Below, in pieces: positions 19,030 to 29,314 of a DNA stretch of 50,732 nucleotides. Within the stretch, counting starts at the first letter, position 1; every line of letters starts with the position of its first letter. This stretch comes from Pseudomonadota bacterium (GTDB lineage Bacteria; Pseudomonadota; Gammaproteobacteria; Francisellales; Francisellaceae), in NCBI GenBank assembly GCA_027621155.1, contig JAQCCA010000001.1, positions 1 to 50,732 on the forward strand. The letters are read 5' to 3'. The notes under the pieces were generated by a model. It was not told where the DNA came from, did not search any database, and saw only the letters and a list, made by a program, of their open reading frames with translations. Made by a program: the position numbers and the translations under genes.

Positions 19030-19175
19030 CGTTGTCTTCCTTCTGTTGTATGAACCTATAAGAAACACTAATTACTATAGACCTAATCCTAGCGTATAGC
19101 AAAAAGATATCAAGGGGGTTAGAGAAAATTTAATGGAAAGTGGCGAAAAATTGATTTATGATGCGTGTTGTAGTG

Positions 19176-19547
19176 TTAAACAATAATGGCAGCAGCAACA
19201 CGTCGTCCTTCGTTTGCAAGGATATTAAAAGTGCGGCATGCAGCAGCTGAATCCATAAAATCAATCGATTTTCCTAAGCGAGCAAAAGCAATGATGATTG
19301 CTTGCGATGGAATCTGTGGTGTTGCTCCAGTGCCAAGAAGGTAAATATGAGCATCAAGTTCAATAAATGGCTCAATGGCATCAAGGCTAAGTCCATCAAT
19401 AGATTTGACACCCCAGCTATCATTAACAATCTGATCAGGCGTAATGATCACACTGTGGCGCAGTGTCTGCTGTGATAGTGTCAGCTCGCCAGATTTGTAA
19501 TGTTTAACAAAAATTGGTGTATCTGGTTTTTCATGTTCTAATTGCAT
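19176..19547 (-). CDS. Mth938-like (DUF498/DUF598) protein
   Basis: LLGTG, MDS.AACRTFNIL..EGRRVAAA signature. Confidence 0.88.
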   Translation of the reverse strand: MQLEHEKPDTPIFVKHYKSGELTLSQQTLRHSVIITPDQIVNDSWGVKSIDGLSLDAIEPFIELDAHIYLLGTGATPQIPSQAIIIAFARLGKSIDFMDSAAACRTFNILANEGRRVAAAIIV

Positions 19548-19562
19548 TGTTTGACCTTGAAA

Positions 19563-20207
19563 TTAAAAGATAAATTGAATGAGTAAAGAGAGTTTATTAA
19601 TTAGTGGTAACAAGATGCTTGCCAGTAAATTTGATTGACCAAAAGGAATAAATAGCAATAATAATACGATCAAAAATCCCCAGCGTTCTAAACGGTTATA
19701 TTGTAAGGCTGCTTTATAAGGCAATAATGCGCTAATAACACGACTACCATCAAGTGGTGGAATGGGTAATAGGTTGAATACCATTAACATCAAGTTAAGT
19801 ATGATACCGAATTGTGCCATCTGGTGGAAACCAAAGTTTGGTACAAATTTCCACAACAAAAACCAGATAATTGCCATAACAAAATTAGCTAAAGGTCCGG
19901 CAATTGCGACAAGAATCATATCTTGTCGCGGCTTTTTGAGGTTATTAAAATTAACAGGCACAGGCTTCGCCCAACCAAACAAGAACCCTGTACCTAATAG
20001 AAACATTGCAGTTGGTAGAATGATCGTGCCGAGAATATCGATATGCTTGATCGGGTTTAAAGTAACTCGCCCCATAAGATAGGCGGTTTTGTCACCACGT
20101 AATTTGGCGATGTAGGCGTGTGCTGCTTCATGTAGTGTGATAGCAAAGAGCATTGGGATGATAAACATCACAAAAGCCATTAAATAAGTGTTTAGATCAG
20201 CAGACAT
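19563..20207 (-). CDS. Site-2 protease family (peptidase M50) membrane metalloprotease, no PDZ
   Basis: HEAAH zinc motif, AGPLAN, FNLLPIPPLDG. Confidence 0.92.
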   Translation of the reverse strand: MSADLNTYLMAFVMFIIPMLFAITLHEAAHAYIAKLRGDKTAYLMGRVTLNPIKHIDILGTIILPTAMFLLGTGFLFGWAKPVPVNFNNLKKPRQDMILVAIAGPLANFVMAIIWFLLWKFVPNFGFHQMAQFGIILNLMLMVFNLLPIPPLDGSRVISALLPYKAALQYNRLERWGFLIVLLLLFIPFGQSNLLASILLPLINKLSLLIQFIF

Positions 20208-20301
20208 TGTCTATTAGTGCTTTTTTCGTATTTTTTCGCAGTGAAATAAGTGTATTATAAAGCCTTAGCAGAATGAAGAATTTATGCCAAGGAACATACA
20301 G

Positions 20302-22320
20302 ATGAGTGATGTAGTTACATTAGATTTACCCAAATTTTCACAAATAGACATTAATAATGCCAAGACTGAAGTGGAAGAGCGCATCAAGTATTGCCGTGAT
20401 TTAAAAGAGCAATTACTTGAAGAGAGTAATTACACATGGGACAATTTTATTTATCCTTTGGAAGAAGCCGAAGATGCGCTTAGCAAAGCTTTTGGTCCTT
20501 TGGGGCATTTAAATGCCGTTAAAAATACAGCGCAGTTGCGCGAAGTCTATCAACATTGTGTTGAAAAAATATCAGAATATTCAACGCAAACGGCACAGGA
20601 TGAACGCATGCTAAAGGCGTATCAAACTATTTTGCAACATGATAAATCCTTGGATCAAGCGCAGATTAAGGCGATTAATGATGCTATTCGTAGTTTTAAA
20701 TTATCAGGTGTGGATCTGGAAGGTGATAAGCGCGAGAAGTTTGAACAAGTCGTTACCAAGCTTGCCAAATTACAAAGTGATTTTGAGAATAATGTGCTTG
20801 ATGCGACGATGGCATGGCATTATCACACATTAAATGAAGATGAATTAAAAGGCTTATCAGACAGTGCTAAAGAGCAAGCACGTTTGAAGGCGCAAACAGA
20901 AGAAAAAGATGGGTTTGTTTTGGGGCTTGACGCACCAACCTATATTTCCGTGATGCAGCAAGCAGATAATCGCAAGTTGCGCGAGACTTTTTATAAAGCC
21001 TATGTCACGCGTGCCTCGAGCGAGGCGGACAATAAAAGCTTTGATAATACCAAGGTTATGCAAGAGATTATGCGCTTAAGGGCTGAAGAAGCTAAACTTT
21101 TGGGATTTAAAAACTATGCTGAAGTCTCACTGGCAACGAAGATGGCAACTTCAGTTGATGAGGTGATGCACTTTATGCAAGATTTGCTACAAAAGGCGAA
21201 ACCACATGCACAAAAAGAGCTTCAAGAGCTTCAAGCATTTGCTAAAGCGTCTGGATTGGATGATGAGCTTAAGACTTGGGATAGCGTATATTATTCAGAT
21301 AAAATGAAAAAAGCACGTTATGACTTCACCTCTGAAGAGCTGCGACCTTATTTTCCTCTGAATCACGTTATGAAAGGCTTGTTTAGTGTATTGTCATCTC
21401 TTTATGGTATCACAGCGAAGAAGCGTGATGATTGGGATCGCTATCACCCGCAAACAGATTTATATGAATTTTATGATGAAAACAAGCAACTTCGTGGGGC
21501 AATTTTAGTTGATTTCTTTGCAAGAGCACACAAGCGTGATGGTGCGTGGATGGATGAATGTCGTACGCGCTATAAGCGCTTGGATCATTCAGTGCAAACG
21601 CCTGTGGCGTATGTTACTTGTAACTTTATGCCTGCCAATGAAGGTGCTGATGCGTTATTGACGCATAATGATGTATTGACTTTATTTCATGAATTTGGGC
21701 ATGCATTGCAACATATCTTAACGCAAGTGGAATATTTACCTGTTTCAGGCATTAATGGTGTTGAGTGGGATGCTGTTGAGCTACCAAGCCAGTTTATGGA
21801 GAATTTCTGCTGGTGTGAAGAGGGGTTGCAATTGCTGTCACAGCATGTTGAAACCAAAGAAATCTTACCAAAAGAGCTATTTCAGAAGCTAGTTGCCTCA
21901 CGTCAGTATCAATCAGGTTTAGCGATGTTGCGTCAGCTTGAGTTTGCACTGTTTGATATGCAACTACACCAAAGTAGTGTTGAGGGTTTAGATATTCATC
22001 AAATAATAGAGGATGTGCGCCAATCAACGGCATTGTTAGAAGTGCCCAAGTTTAATCGCTTTGAAAATGGCTTTTCACATATTTTTGCAGGAGGCTATGC
22101 GGCGGGCTATTACAGTTATAAGTGGGCGGAAGTGCTATCCAGTGATGCTTTTGCTGAGTTTGAACAGGGTCAATCAGTATTAAACAAAGGCATTGGTCAG
22201 CGGTTTATGCAAATTATCTTGGAGACGGGCGGTTCAGCACCAGCGGCCGAGCTGTTTGAGAAATTTAAAGGTCAAAAACCGTCAGTTGATGCGCTACTGC
22301 GTCATAATGGTATTGTTTAG
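20302..22320 (+). CDS. prlC: Oligopeptidase A (M3 family)
   Basis: FHEFGHALQH, WDAVELPSQFMEN, HIFAGGYAAGYYSYKWAE; start likely ATG 20302 (AAGGA RBS), alternative 20284. Confidence 0.95.
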   Translation: MSDVVTLDLPKFSQIDINNAKTEVEERIKYCRDLKEQLLEESNYTWDNFIYPLEEAEDALSKAFGPLGHLNAVKNTAQLREVYQHCVEKISEYSTQTAQDERMLKAYQTILQHDKSLDQAQIKAINDAIRSFKLSGVDLEGDKREKFEQVVTKLAKLQSDFENNVLDATMAWHYHTLNEDELKGLSDSAKEQARLKAQTEEKDGFVLGLDAPTYISVMQQADNRKLRETFYKAYVTRASSEADNKSFDNTKVMQEIMRLRAEEAKLLGFKNYAEVSLATKMATSVDEVMHFMQDLLQKAKPHAQKELQELQAFAKASGLDDELKTWDSVYYSDKMKKARYDFTSEELRPYFPLNHVMKGLFSVLSSLYGITAKKRDDWDRYHPQTDLYEFYDENKQLRGAILVDFFARAHKRDGAWMDECRTRYKRLDHSVQTPVAYVTCNFMPANEGADALLTHNDVLTLFHEFGHALQHILTQVEYLPVSGINGVEWDAVELPSQFMENFCWCEEGLQLLSQHVETKEILPKELFQKLVASRQYQSGLAMLRQLEFALFDMQLHQSSVEGLDIHQIIEDVRQSTALLEVPKFNRFENGFSHIFAGGYAAGYYSYKWAEVLSSDAFAEFEQGQSVLNKGIGQRFMQIILETGGSAPAAELFEKFKGQKPSVDALLRHNGIV

Positions 22321-22659
22321 ATGAGTCGAGCCATTGGTGGTGAGGCGGAAAATAAAGCCTTAGTGTTTCTAGAGACCCAAGGTTTTAGCTTAATTGCCAA
22401 GAACTTTCTGACACCATTAGGTGAAATTGATTTGATTGGTCAAATTGCTGATGTATTGATATTTGTTGAGGTCAAGGCGCGAAAATCAGCGCAATTTGGC
22501 TCCGCACTAGAAATGGTGACAAAATCTAAACAGATTAAAGTGCGTAAAACAGCGCAAGTTTTTCTGCAGCAACATCGACATTACCAACATGCCGAATGCC
22601 GTTTTGATGTCATCGGTATCACAGGAGATGAGATCCAGTGGGTTCAGGCAGCTTTTTAA
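22321..22659 (+). CDS. yraN: YraN (UPF0102) family putative endonuclease
   Basis: G..AE..A..FL...G, GEIDLI, FVEVKAR, RFDVI. Confidence 0.9.
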   Translation: MSRAIGGEAENKALVFLETQGFSLIAKNFLTPLGEIDLIGQIADVLIFVEVKARKSAQFGSALEMVTKSKQIKVRKTAQVFLQQHRHYQHAECRFDVIGITGDEIQWVQAAF

Positions 22660-22765
22660 ACAAATACTTCGACAGAAAAGTGTAGAAAGTTTCATTTGAA
22701 TAATGAAAAAATTGTCTATAGCGCGTACAATGTGCGCAAATTTTAAAGTAGACTCAATATAATAA

Positions 22766-23842
22766 ATGACATCATTACATAATTCTCATTCAGAAAAGCC
22801 TAAGCAATATAAGGCGGTTTCGCTTATTTCCGGTGGTTTGGATTCTATGTTGGCAACCAAGGTGATTGCAGATCAAGGCATTCATGTTGAAGGGATTAAC
22901 TTCTTCACTGGGTTTTGTGTCGAAGGACATACGCATGCCATTCGTAAGAAAGATCAAAGCAAAGAAAAACGTAACAATGCCCTATGGGTTGCTGAACAAC
23001 TTGGGATTAAACTGCATATTATCGATGTGATCGAAGAGTACAAAGATGTGCTCTTAAATCCAAAGTATGGCTATGGCGCCAATATGAATCCGTGTTTGGA
23101 TTGTAAGATCTTTATGGTCAAAAAAGCCAAAGAATGGGCGCTTGAAAATGGTTTCGATTTCATTATTACTGGTGAGGTCATTGGTCAGCGCCCGATGTCG
23201 CAACGTAAAGACACCATGCCAGTTATTCAAAAGCAATCAGGTATTGATGATTTATTATTGCGTCCATTATGTGCTAAAAACTTGCCTGAAACTAAGCCTG
23301 AGCGTGAAGGTTGGGTTGATCGTGAAAAGCTGTTTGGTTTTCACGGGCGCAATCGCACGCCACAATTTGAACTAGCCAGCTCATATGGCTTTGTTGATTA
23401 TGCGACACCTGCAGGTGGGTGCTGCTTTTTAACCGATAAGCAATACTCGGACAAATTGGTTGATTTATGGAAAGGTCGCAATGACAAGCGTGATTATGAT
23501 TTTGATGACATTATGTTGTTGAAAGTTGGTCGCCACTTGCGTCCAAAGCCTGAGTTTAAATTGATTATTGCACGCGAAGAAGGTGAAAATAACTTCTTAA
23601 ATGGTTATAAGCGCCAATTTCCACATATCACTGTTGAAAGTCATGGTGGACCACTTACCTTGATCGACGGCAATTTTGACACTCAAGATGAAGCGTTTGT
23701 CGCTAGAATTATTGCGCGCTTTTCACAAGGAAGAGATGCTGATGAAGTGACTGTGCGTTTTGCTTATCCTGATGGTTTCGCACGTGAGCATACGGTGAAG
23801 CCTTTTACCGTTGATGAAGTACAACAAGCGTGGTATGTCTGA
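22766..23842 (+). CDS. PP-loop tRNA thiolase-like protein (ThiI/MnmA-like, THUMP-less, C-terminal DUF814/NFACT-R-like region)
   Basis: SGGLDS PP-loop, NPCLDCK, TGEVIGQRPMSQ, LLRPL, PAGGCC, GRHLR. Confidence 0.78.
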   Translation: MTSLHNSHSEKPKQYKAVSLISGGLDSMLATKVIADQGIHVEGINFFTGFCVEGHTHAIRKKDQSKEKRNNALWVAEQLGIKLHIIDVIEEYKDVLLNPKYGYGANMNPCLDCKIFMVKKAKEWALENGFDFIITGEVIGQRPMSQRKDTMPVIQKQSGIDDLLLRPLCAKNLPETKPEREGWVDREKLFGFHGRNRTPQFELASSYGFVDYATPAGGCCFLTDKQYSDKLVDLWKGRNDKRDYDFDDIMLLKVGRHLRPKPEFKLIIAREEGENNFLNGYKRQFPHITVESHGGPLTLIDGNFDTQDEAFVARIIARFSQGRDADEVTVRFAYPDGFAREHTVKPFTVDEVQQAWYV

Positions 23843-24066
23843 TGGAAGTTAATGTTGAGCTAGATTTACGTCGCTTATTATGCCCGATGCCGGTGATTAA
23901 AACGCAAAATGCATTAAAAAAGATGACCGCCGGTGAGCAGTTAAAAGTGACGTGTACCGATCCGGGTGTCAAGCATGATATTCCCGCTTGGTGTAAGATC
24001 AATGGCTATGCTATCTTAGAGCAACTTGAAATAGATAATGAATTTATTTTTGTGATTAAGGCGTAA
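23842..24066 (+). CDS. TusA/SirA family sulfur carrier
   Basis: LDLRRLLCPMP (CPxP), TDPG..HDIPAWC; ATG at 23842 overlaps upstream TGA (TGATG). Confidence 0.9.
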   Translation: MEVNVELDLRRLLCPMPVIKTQNALKKMTAGEQLKVTCTDPGVKHDIPAWCKINGYAILEQLEIDNEFIFVIKA

Positions 24067-24069
24067 CAA

Positions 24070-24258
24070 ATGGATCAAGGTTTATTAAGTATTTTAGTAT
24101 GTCCTGAATGTCAATCATCACTGATATATGACAAACAAAACAAGATGCTTGTGTGTAAGGCGGATAAATTAGCATACCCTATTATCGATGGTGTGCCGCG
24201 TATGCTATTGGAAGAAGCTAAAAAGCTAACGCTTGAAGAAGTCAAACACTATGAGTAA
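24070..24258 (+). CDS. ycaR: Trm112-like protein (YcaR/UPF0434)
   Basis: LL.ILVCP.C, LAYPIIDGVP.ML.EEA; upstream of kdsB as in enterobacteria. Confidence 0.9.
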   Translation: MDQGLLSILVCPECQSSLIYDKQNKMLVCKADKLAYPIIDGVPRMLLEEAKKLTLEEVKHYE

Positions 24259-25015
24259 GCGCCATATTATTATTCCTGCGCGTTTGCAATCAAGTCGCCT
24301 TGCCAACAAATTGTTACTAGATTTGGCAGGGAAACCCATTATTGAGCATGTTTATGAGCGCGCATTACAATGTGGCTTTGAGCAAGTGGTGATTGCGACG
24401 GATAGTGAGGAAATTCAAACCATAGCACACAGTTTTGGTGCGACAGTTTGCATGACGGCAATAGATCATCAATCAGGCACTGATCGCTTGGCTGAAGCCG
24501 TGCAGAAATTAGCAATTGCTGATGAGGATATCGTTGTTAATATCCAAGGAGACGAGCCATTAATTCCGATGGAAAATGTGATTCAAGCTGCTGATTTGTT
24601 GGTGGATAGATCGCAGGCGGTAATGGCAACCTTGTGTGAGCGAATAACTGATGAAAATGAAGTGCATGATCCAAATTGCGTAAAAGTCGTCTTTAATCGC
24701 GAGAAATATGCTTTATATTTCTCAAGAGCGGCGATTCCATGGCAGCGTGGTGTGTTTGACCAAGGTGAGATTAAGATGGGAGATCATTATCGTCATATTG
24801 GTTTATATGCCTATCGCGCAGGGTTTCTAAAGGTGTATGCACAGATGGAGAAAAGCCCGTTAGAGCAAATTGAGTCTTTAGAGCAATTACGCGTGTTATG
24901 GCATAATCAAAAAATTGCGATTGCTGAAGCTAAGGCGTCAACACCTCCTGGGATTGACACACAAGCTGATTTAGACAAAGTAAGGGCGATGTATGACAGT
25001 TTTTGTGCTCGATAA
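24251..25015 (+). CDS. kdsB: 3-deoxy-manno-octulosonate cytidylyltransferase
   Basis: IPARLQSSRL..K.L, SGTDRL.E, NIQGDEP, HIGLYAYR, E.LEQLR; start ATG 24251. Confidence 0.96.
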   Translation: MSKRHIIIPARLQSSRLANKLLLDLAGKPIIEHVYERALQCGFEQVVIATDSEEIQTIAHSFGATVCMTAIDHQSGTDRLAEAVQKLAIADEDIVVNIQGDEPLIPMENVIQAADLLVDRSQAVMATLCERITDENEVHDPNCVKVVFNREKYALYFSRAAIPWQRGVFDQGEIKMGDHYRHIGLYAYRAGFLKVYAQMEKSPLEQIESLEQLRVLWHNQKIAIAEAKASTPPGIDTQADLDKVRAMYDSFCAR

Positions 25016-25394
25016 ACGTTTAGCTGATTCCAGTAGCCTCATCAAAGATCTTGGCGATGTTCAATTACGATTATCAAACAACGCACTGGTGACGTGGTTT
25101 CTCATCGTACCTAAAGTGACCGTCACCGACTGGTTTGAGCTTGATACTGAGATGCAACTAAGGCTCAATGCCTTGACTAATAAATTATCTCGCTTCCTTA
25201 AAGAAGATTTGCATGTTGATAAAGTTAATGTTGCGACAATTGGTAATGTGGTCTCACAAATGCATATTCATGTAATCGGACGTAAAAAAGATGATTTTTT
25301 CTGGCCAAATGTAGTATGGGGTAAAAGTGAAAGCCAAGCGTATTTGTCACATCAAAAGGATGACCTTATTTCGAGCGTGCTAAAGCTTATTTAG
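24993..25394 (+). CDS. HIT-family protein
   Basis: F.LD.RL..DS, K.NVA.IGN.V.Q.HIHVIGR...D..WP..VW. Confidence 0.85.
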   Translation: MTVFVLDKRLADSSSLIKDLGDVQLRLSNNALVTWFLIVPKVTVTDWFELDTEMQLRLNALTNKLSRFLKEDLHVDKVNVATIGNVVSQMHIHVIGRKKDDFFWPNVVWGKSESQAYLSHQKDDLISSVLKLI

Positions 25395-25465
25395 TTGTTA
25401 TCAACGGCAGCTAAACTTCTATACTTTAATACTTAATGGAGGTCACTCAAGTGAATCGTCTAATT

Positions 25466-28400
25466 TCAAATAATTGGCTCAAACAGATTCAATAAGTCAT
25501 TTTCACTGAGTTTGAAGTCAGCTTGCCCATCTTTGTTATACAGACCACTGGCAAGATCTGCTTTTTTCTGCTGAAGTTTTAATATTTTTTCTTCAACACT
25601 GTCTTTGGCAATGAGTTTATAAACGGTGACGGGTTTATCTTGACCAATACGATAGGCGCGATCCGTGGCTTGGGCTTCAACGGCTGGATTCCACCATGGA
25701 TCAAAGTGAATAACCGTATCAGCGGCAACAAGATTTAGACCTGTGCCTCCAGCTTTTAAGCTGATTAAGAAAACCGTTATATCAGCGTTTTCACTAAAGT
25801 CATCAATGAGTTTCTGGCGATTTTTAGTTTGTCCGGTTAACTGTACATATTGGATCTTATGTTTGCCAAGTTCAAGTGCAATTAAATCAAGCATTTCGAC
25901 AAATTGTGAGAACACCAGTACTTTACGCTTTTCAGCAGCAAGCTCTGTCAACATTTCTAGTAAATAATCAAGTTTAGCCGATTCGTGCACTTTTTTGGCA
26001 CTCTCTAGTTTAACTAATTGCGGATGGCAGCATGATTGACGTAGCTTTAAGAGTGCATCAAGAATATGGATATGGCTCTTGGCAAGCCCTTGCTTTTTCA
26101 AGAGCTCACGCACTTTTTTCTCCATTGTCATACGTACACTTTCATATAATTGCTTTTGCGTATTGGGTAGCTCAATAATTTCAATCGACTCAGTCTTTTC
26201 AGGCAAATCTTTAGCAACTAGCGCTTTGGTGCGTCGAAGCATAAAGGGTGCGATGCGACTTTTCAGTATTTTTAAACGATCGCTGTCTTGATGTTTTTCA
26301 ATTGGATTTTTGAAGTGTTTACGAAACTGGCTATCATTGCCCAAGAAGCCTGGCATTAAGAAGTTAAATTGCGACCATAGCTCACCCAGATGATTCTCAA
26401 GAGGTGTGCCAGTTAAACAAAAGCGATGCTTAGCCGCAAGGGTAAAAATACTTTGCGCTTGCTTTGTCTTAGCATTTTTAATCGTTTGCGCTTCATCTAA
26501 AATCAGTGCGCTATAGGTATTTTGGCGATGAATTTCTTCATCTTTTAAAATAAGTGGATAGCTTGTCACCACAATGTCGTAGTTAAGTAATGACTCATAA
26601 TGCTCAGCACGTTCAGAGCCATGCAATAGTAAAATGGTGAGCTTAGGTGTGAATTTCTCAGCTTCTCTGATCCAATTACCAAGAACTGATGTGGGTGCGA
26701 CGATGAGACTTGTACCAAAATCTTTATCAGTATCGTGTTGTAACTGCAGCCAAGTTAGCGTTTGCAGGGTTTTACCAAGTCCCATATCATCGGCTAACAA
26801 ACCGCCCATTTCATGTTTAGATAAGAAATCCATCCAGCTTACGCCATAGCGCTGATAGTCGCGTAAAGTTGCTTGTACTTCTTTTGCTGTATCTAGAAGT
26901 GGTAACTTTGTTGTATCTTTCAGTGAGTCAACAAAGCGCTTTAAAGCATTGGCTTTACTATAATCAATCGCACCACTTTTGCCTAGTTGCTCCTCAAGGC
27001 TCATCAGTGCACCGATTTGGTATTTCGAGAGTTTTAATGTGCCGCCACGTTCATCATTTAGCTCAAACAATGAATTAATAACCGGCTCAATAATACTGTA
27101 ATCAATTTTTAAACGGTGGTTCTTATCAACAATGGCGACAAGGTCGTGCTCTTCTTTGTTAAGCCCTTTTTGTAGATATTGCATAATCAGTGGCTGTAGA
27201 TCGATGGTATTACCGTTGTGATTAACGCTCAAATGTACATTAAACCAATCATTTTGTGCACCTTCTTCGATGCCAATGTCGATATCATCCGCAACAATAT
27301 AGTGATGTGCAAAGTCATCATCAAACTCAACCTGCCAGCCTAAAAGTTTGAAGTCCTCAAGATCTTCAACATAGAAGCCTTCCCATTGCTCTTCTGGTTC
27401 AATATAAGGATTGCTGTTTAAAATATAACTTTCACCAAATGGCTTGTGTGCTTGATTGCCATAGCCAAAGTAAGCACGTCTTGATTTTACAAAGCCAAAT
27501 CCTCCTAAGGTTTCAAGCTTAGCTTTTTCAGATTTTATGTCTTTTTCAATCAAGCGACCATTATGCTCGATAATGTGTGTCCCACTTTCATGTGGCTCAA
27601 AACGTGTGCCGTCATATTCAAAGCTAACCTCAGCAAAGAAACCATAATGTGGCCAGTTTACTGATGATCCTTTGCTAAAATGGGCAATTGCTTTTGGCGT
27701 GATTTTTTCAGTTTTAAGCTTTTTGACTTTGCTTGGGAATTTTATCTGCTTGGCAAGTGTTGATTTCTCAATGGTGTGACGAACAAATGACATGTCATCT
27801 TTAGAGATATCTTTAAGTGTATTAAGGAGTACCAGTTGATTGCCAGGAATGTCACTGACGATCTGCCCTATTTTATTGCCATCAAGGTAAAAAGCAGGTG
27901 TTGTCGGTATGATTTTGGTGTTTGTTTTGCCATTGATTTGCGCATTAAAGCGAAATGTACCGTTGACTTCACTCCAATCAATATCAAGCTTGAGATCTGG
28001 TGCTAAGGTACAATGTTTGCCCATGACGATGTCGCCAATGAAAAAGCGCTCAGTTGCAATAAGCAGCTTTAAAAATTGCGTGCCGTACTCTCCTGTTAAG
28101 CTGGGTAAATGTATCGCATAACGATTGATTTGTGCTTGTAGGTATTTAAAAATCTCAAGATCTTTGATATCAGCACAATCTGGATATTTAGCATAACCGG
28201 CAGCAATATTGGTAAGATTGGCACTTTGTGGTTTGCCATAGCCATCGCCACTTTTTAGAACACGCACATAGCTTGCCTCTATCCTATAAGAAAGCTGCTG
28301 CCCTTCTTTAAAAGCGATAATTTGATAGGCGATCACCAAGTTAGAAGGTGCTTTGCTTTGGGATAATAGTGTGCTTTTCTCAAGGCGTATATTGTCATGA

Positions 28401-28843
28401 AATTGGCGCTCAAAGGCTGCTTTGTCAAAGTGAGATGCGGGGACTTTAGCTTTTTTTGTCGGTTGAGCGCTAATAGATTTTGTTGCTGCGGCAGAAGTAA
28501 ATGCACTGGGTTCTTTTAATCGATCAGCTAATGATTTATTAAACATAAATAATACGGCATAAATATGTTTACAAAAGTAGCCTACAGGGCATGAGCACTC
28601 AGCATCAAGTACGCTTGAGAGTGTTTTTGCTCGTGAGTTCACATCGACAAAAATGCTTTGGGAGTAGGTTTCTTTGCCAGAGCCGAAAACCTCGCTCTTA
28701 ATGACAAAATTAATGCCATCATCGGATGTTGCCTGTAATGATTTGATTGAGTATTGATTGCAATAGGCATGCGCACGCGAAATGGTTGCCTTAGTAAAGT
28801 CTTCGGTAATGCTTTTAGGTAAGATGCTTGAAGATAAGCTCAT
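25466..28843 (-). CDS. SWIM zinc finger-SNF2 family helicase-like ATPase
   Basis: SWIM CSCPVGYFCKH; LADDMGLGKT, DEAQ, LTGTPLEN, SLKAGGTGLNL, DPWWNPAVE.QA.DRAYRIGQ. Confidence 0.92.
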   Translation of the reverse strand: MSLSSSILPKSITEDFTKATISRAHAYCNQYSIKSLQATSDDGINFVIKSEVFGSGKETYSQSIFVDVNSRAKTLSSVLDAECSCPVGYFCKHIYAVLFMFNKSLADRLKEPSAFTSAAATKSISAQPTKKAKVPASHFDKAAFERQFHDNIRLEKSTLLSQSKAPSNLVIAYQIIAFKEGQQLSYRIEASYVRVLKSGDGYGKPQSANLTNIAAGYAKYPDCADIKDLEIFKYLQAQINRYAIHLPSLTGEYGTQFLKLLIATERFFIGDIVMGKHCTLAPDLKLDIDWSEVNGTFRFNAQINGKTNTKIIPTTPAFYLDGNKIGQIVSDIPGNQLVLLNTLKDISKDDMSFVRHTIEKSTLAKQIKFPSKVKKLKTEKITPKAIAHFSKGSSVNWPHYGFFAEVSFEYDGTRFEPHESGTHIIEHNGRLIEKDIKSEKAKLETLGGFGFVKSRRAYFGYGNQAHKPFGESYILNSNPYIEPEEQWEGFYVEDLEDFKLLGWQVEFDDDFAHHYIVADDIDIGIEEGAQNDWFNVHLSVNHNGNTIDLQPLIMQYLQKGLNKEEHDLVAIVDKNHRLKIDYSIIEPVINSLFELNDERGGTLKLSKYQIGALMSLEEQLGKSGAIDYSKANALKRFVDSLKDTTKLPLLDTAKEVQATLRDYQRYGVSWMDFLSKHEMGGLLADDMGLGKTLQTLTWLQLQHDTDKDFGTSLIVAPTSVLGNWIREAEKFTPKLTILLLHGSERAEHYESLLNYDIVVTSYPLILKDEEIHRQNTYSALILDEAQTIKNAKTKQAQSIFTLAAKHRFCLTGTPLENHLGELWSQFNFLMPGFLGNDSQFRKHFKNPIEKHQDSDRLKILKSRIAPFMLRRTKALVAKDLPEKTESIEIIELPNTQKQLYESVRMTMEKKVRELLKKQGLAKSHIHILDALLKLRQSCCHPQLVKLESAKKVHESAKLDYLLEMLTELAAEKRKVLVFSQFVEMLDLIALELGKHKIQYVQLTGQTKNRQKLIDDFSENADITVFLISLKAGGTGLNLVAADTVIHFDPWWNPAVEAQATDRAYRIGQDKPVTVYKLIAKDSVEEKILKLQQKKADLASGLYNKDGQADFKLSENDLLNLFEPII

Positions 28844-28990
28844 AAATTTTTGTCAAAAGAAAATAAATTGCATCAGTATACCTGAGGCAAAAGGTGTAAG
28901 ACAAACAAGTTTTTGGCAATAACCATACTTTGTTACGATAAACGAAGTACTATATCCTTTGGTTACGCGCAGGATGCGATGCATTTTGGG

Positions 28991-29314
28991 TCAAATGGTC
29001 GTATCAAAGTGAATGGCAAGCCAAATAGTGGCAGGGGAGCTAGATGTATAGGTTACCCAATGTGGTGTATTGCTAGGTATCAATAAACTCTCTCCCGCAG
29101 TTAGCGAGTGACTGATATTATTCATTAGCAGTGTTGCTTGACCTTGTAAAACAAACACCAGTTCATCTTGTGTTTGGATATAAGGTTTATCTTTAGGTGT
29201 TGTTTGTCCATAGGAAACAATGCGTTCAATTTTTATATTTTGTGCATTTTTGATTGCATGAATAATATCAAACAATTCATGTTCAGCATGCTTAGGGATA
29301 TCATATAAATTCAT
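28991..29314 (-). CDS. Cupin domain protein
   Basis: IERIVS.G, Q.QDE.V.VLQG.A.L, G....IP...PH.V..T. Confidence 0.82.
   Translation of the reverse strand: MNLYDIPKHAEHELFDIIHAIKNAQNIKIERIVSYGQTTPKDKPYIQTQDELVFVLQGQATLLMNNISHSLTAGESLLIPSNTPHWVTYTSSSPATIWLAIHFDTTI

Noticed and set aside
19146-19168. AAAATTGATTTATGATGCG as another repeat-family terminus
   Set aside because: Only about 10 nt match and it lacks the terminal TATA.
24070-24258. Trm112-like protein as part of the thiolase-TusA module
   Set aside because: ycaR-kdsB linkage is widespread on its own, so adjacency is better explained by operon fusion.
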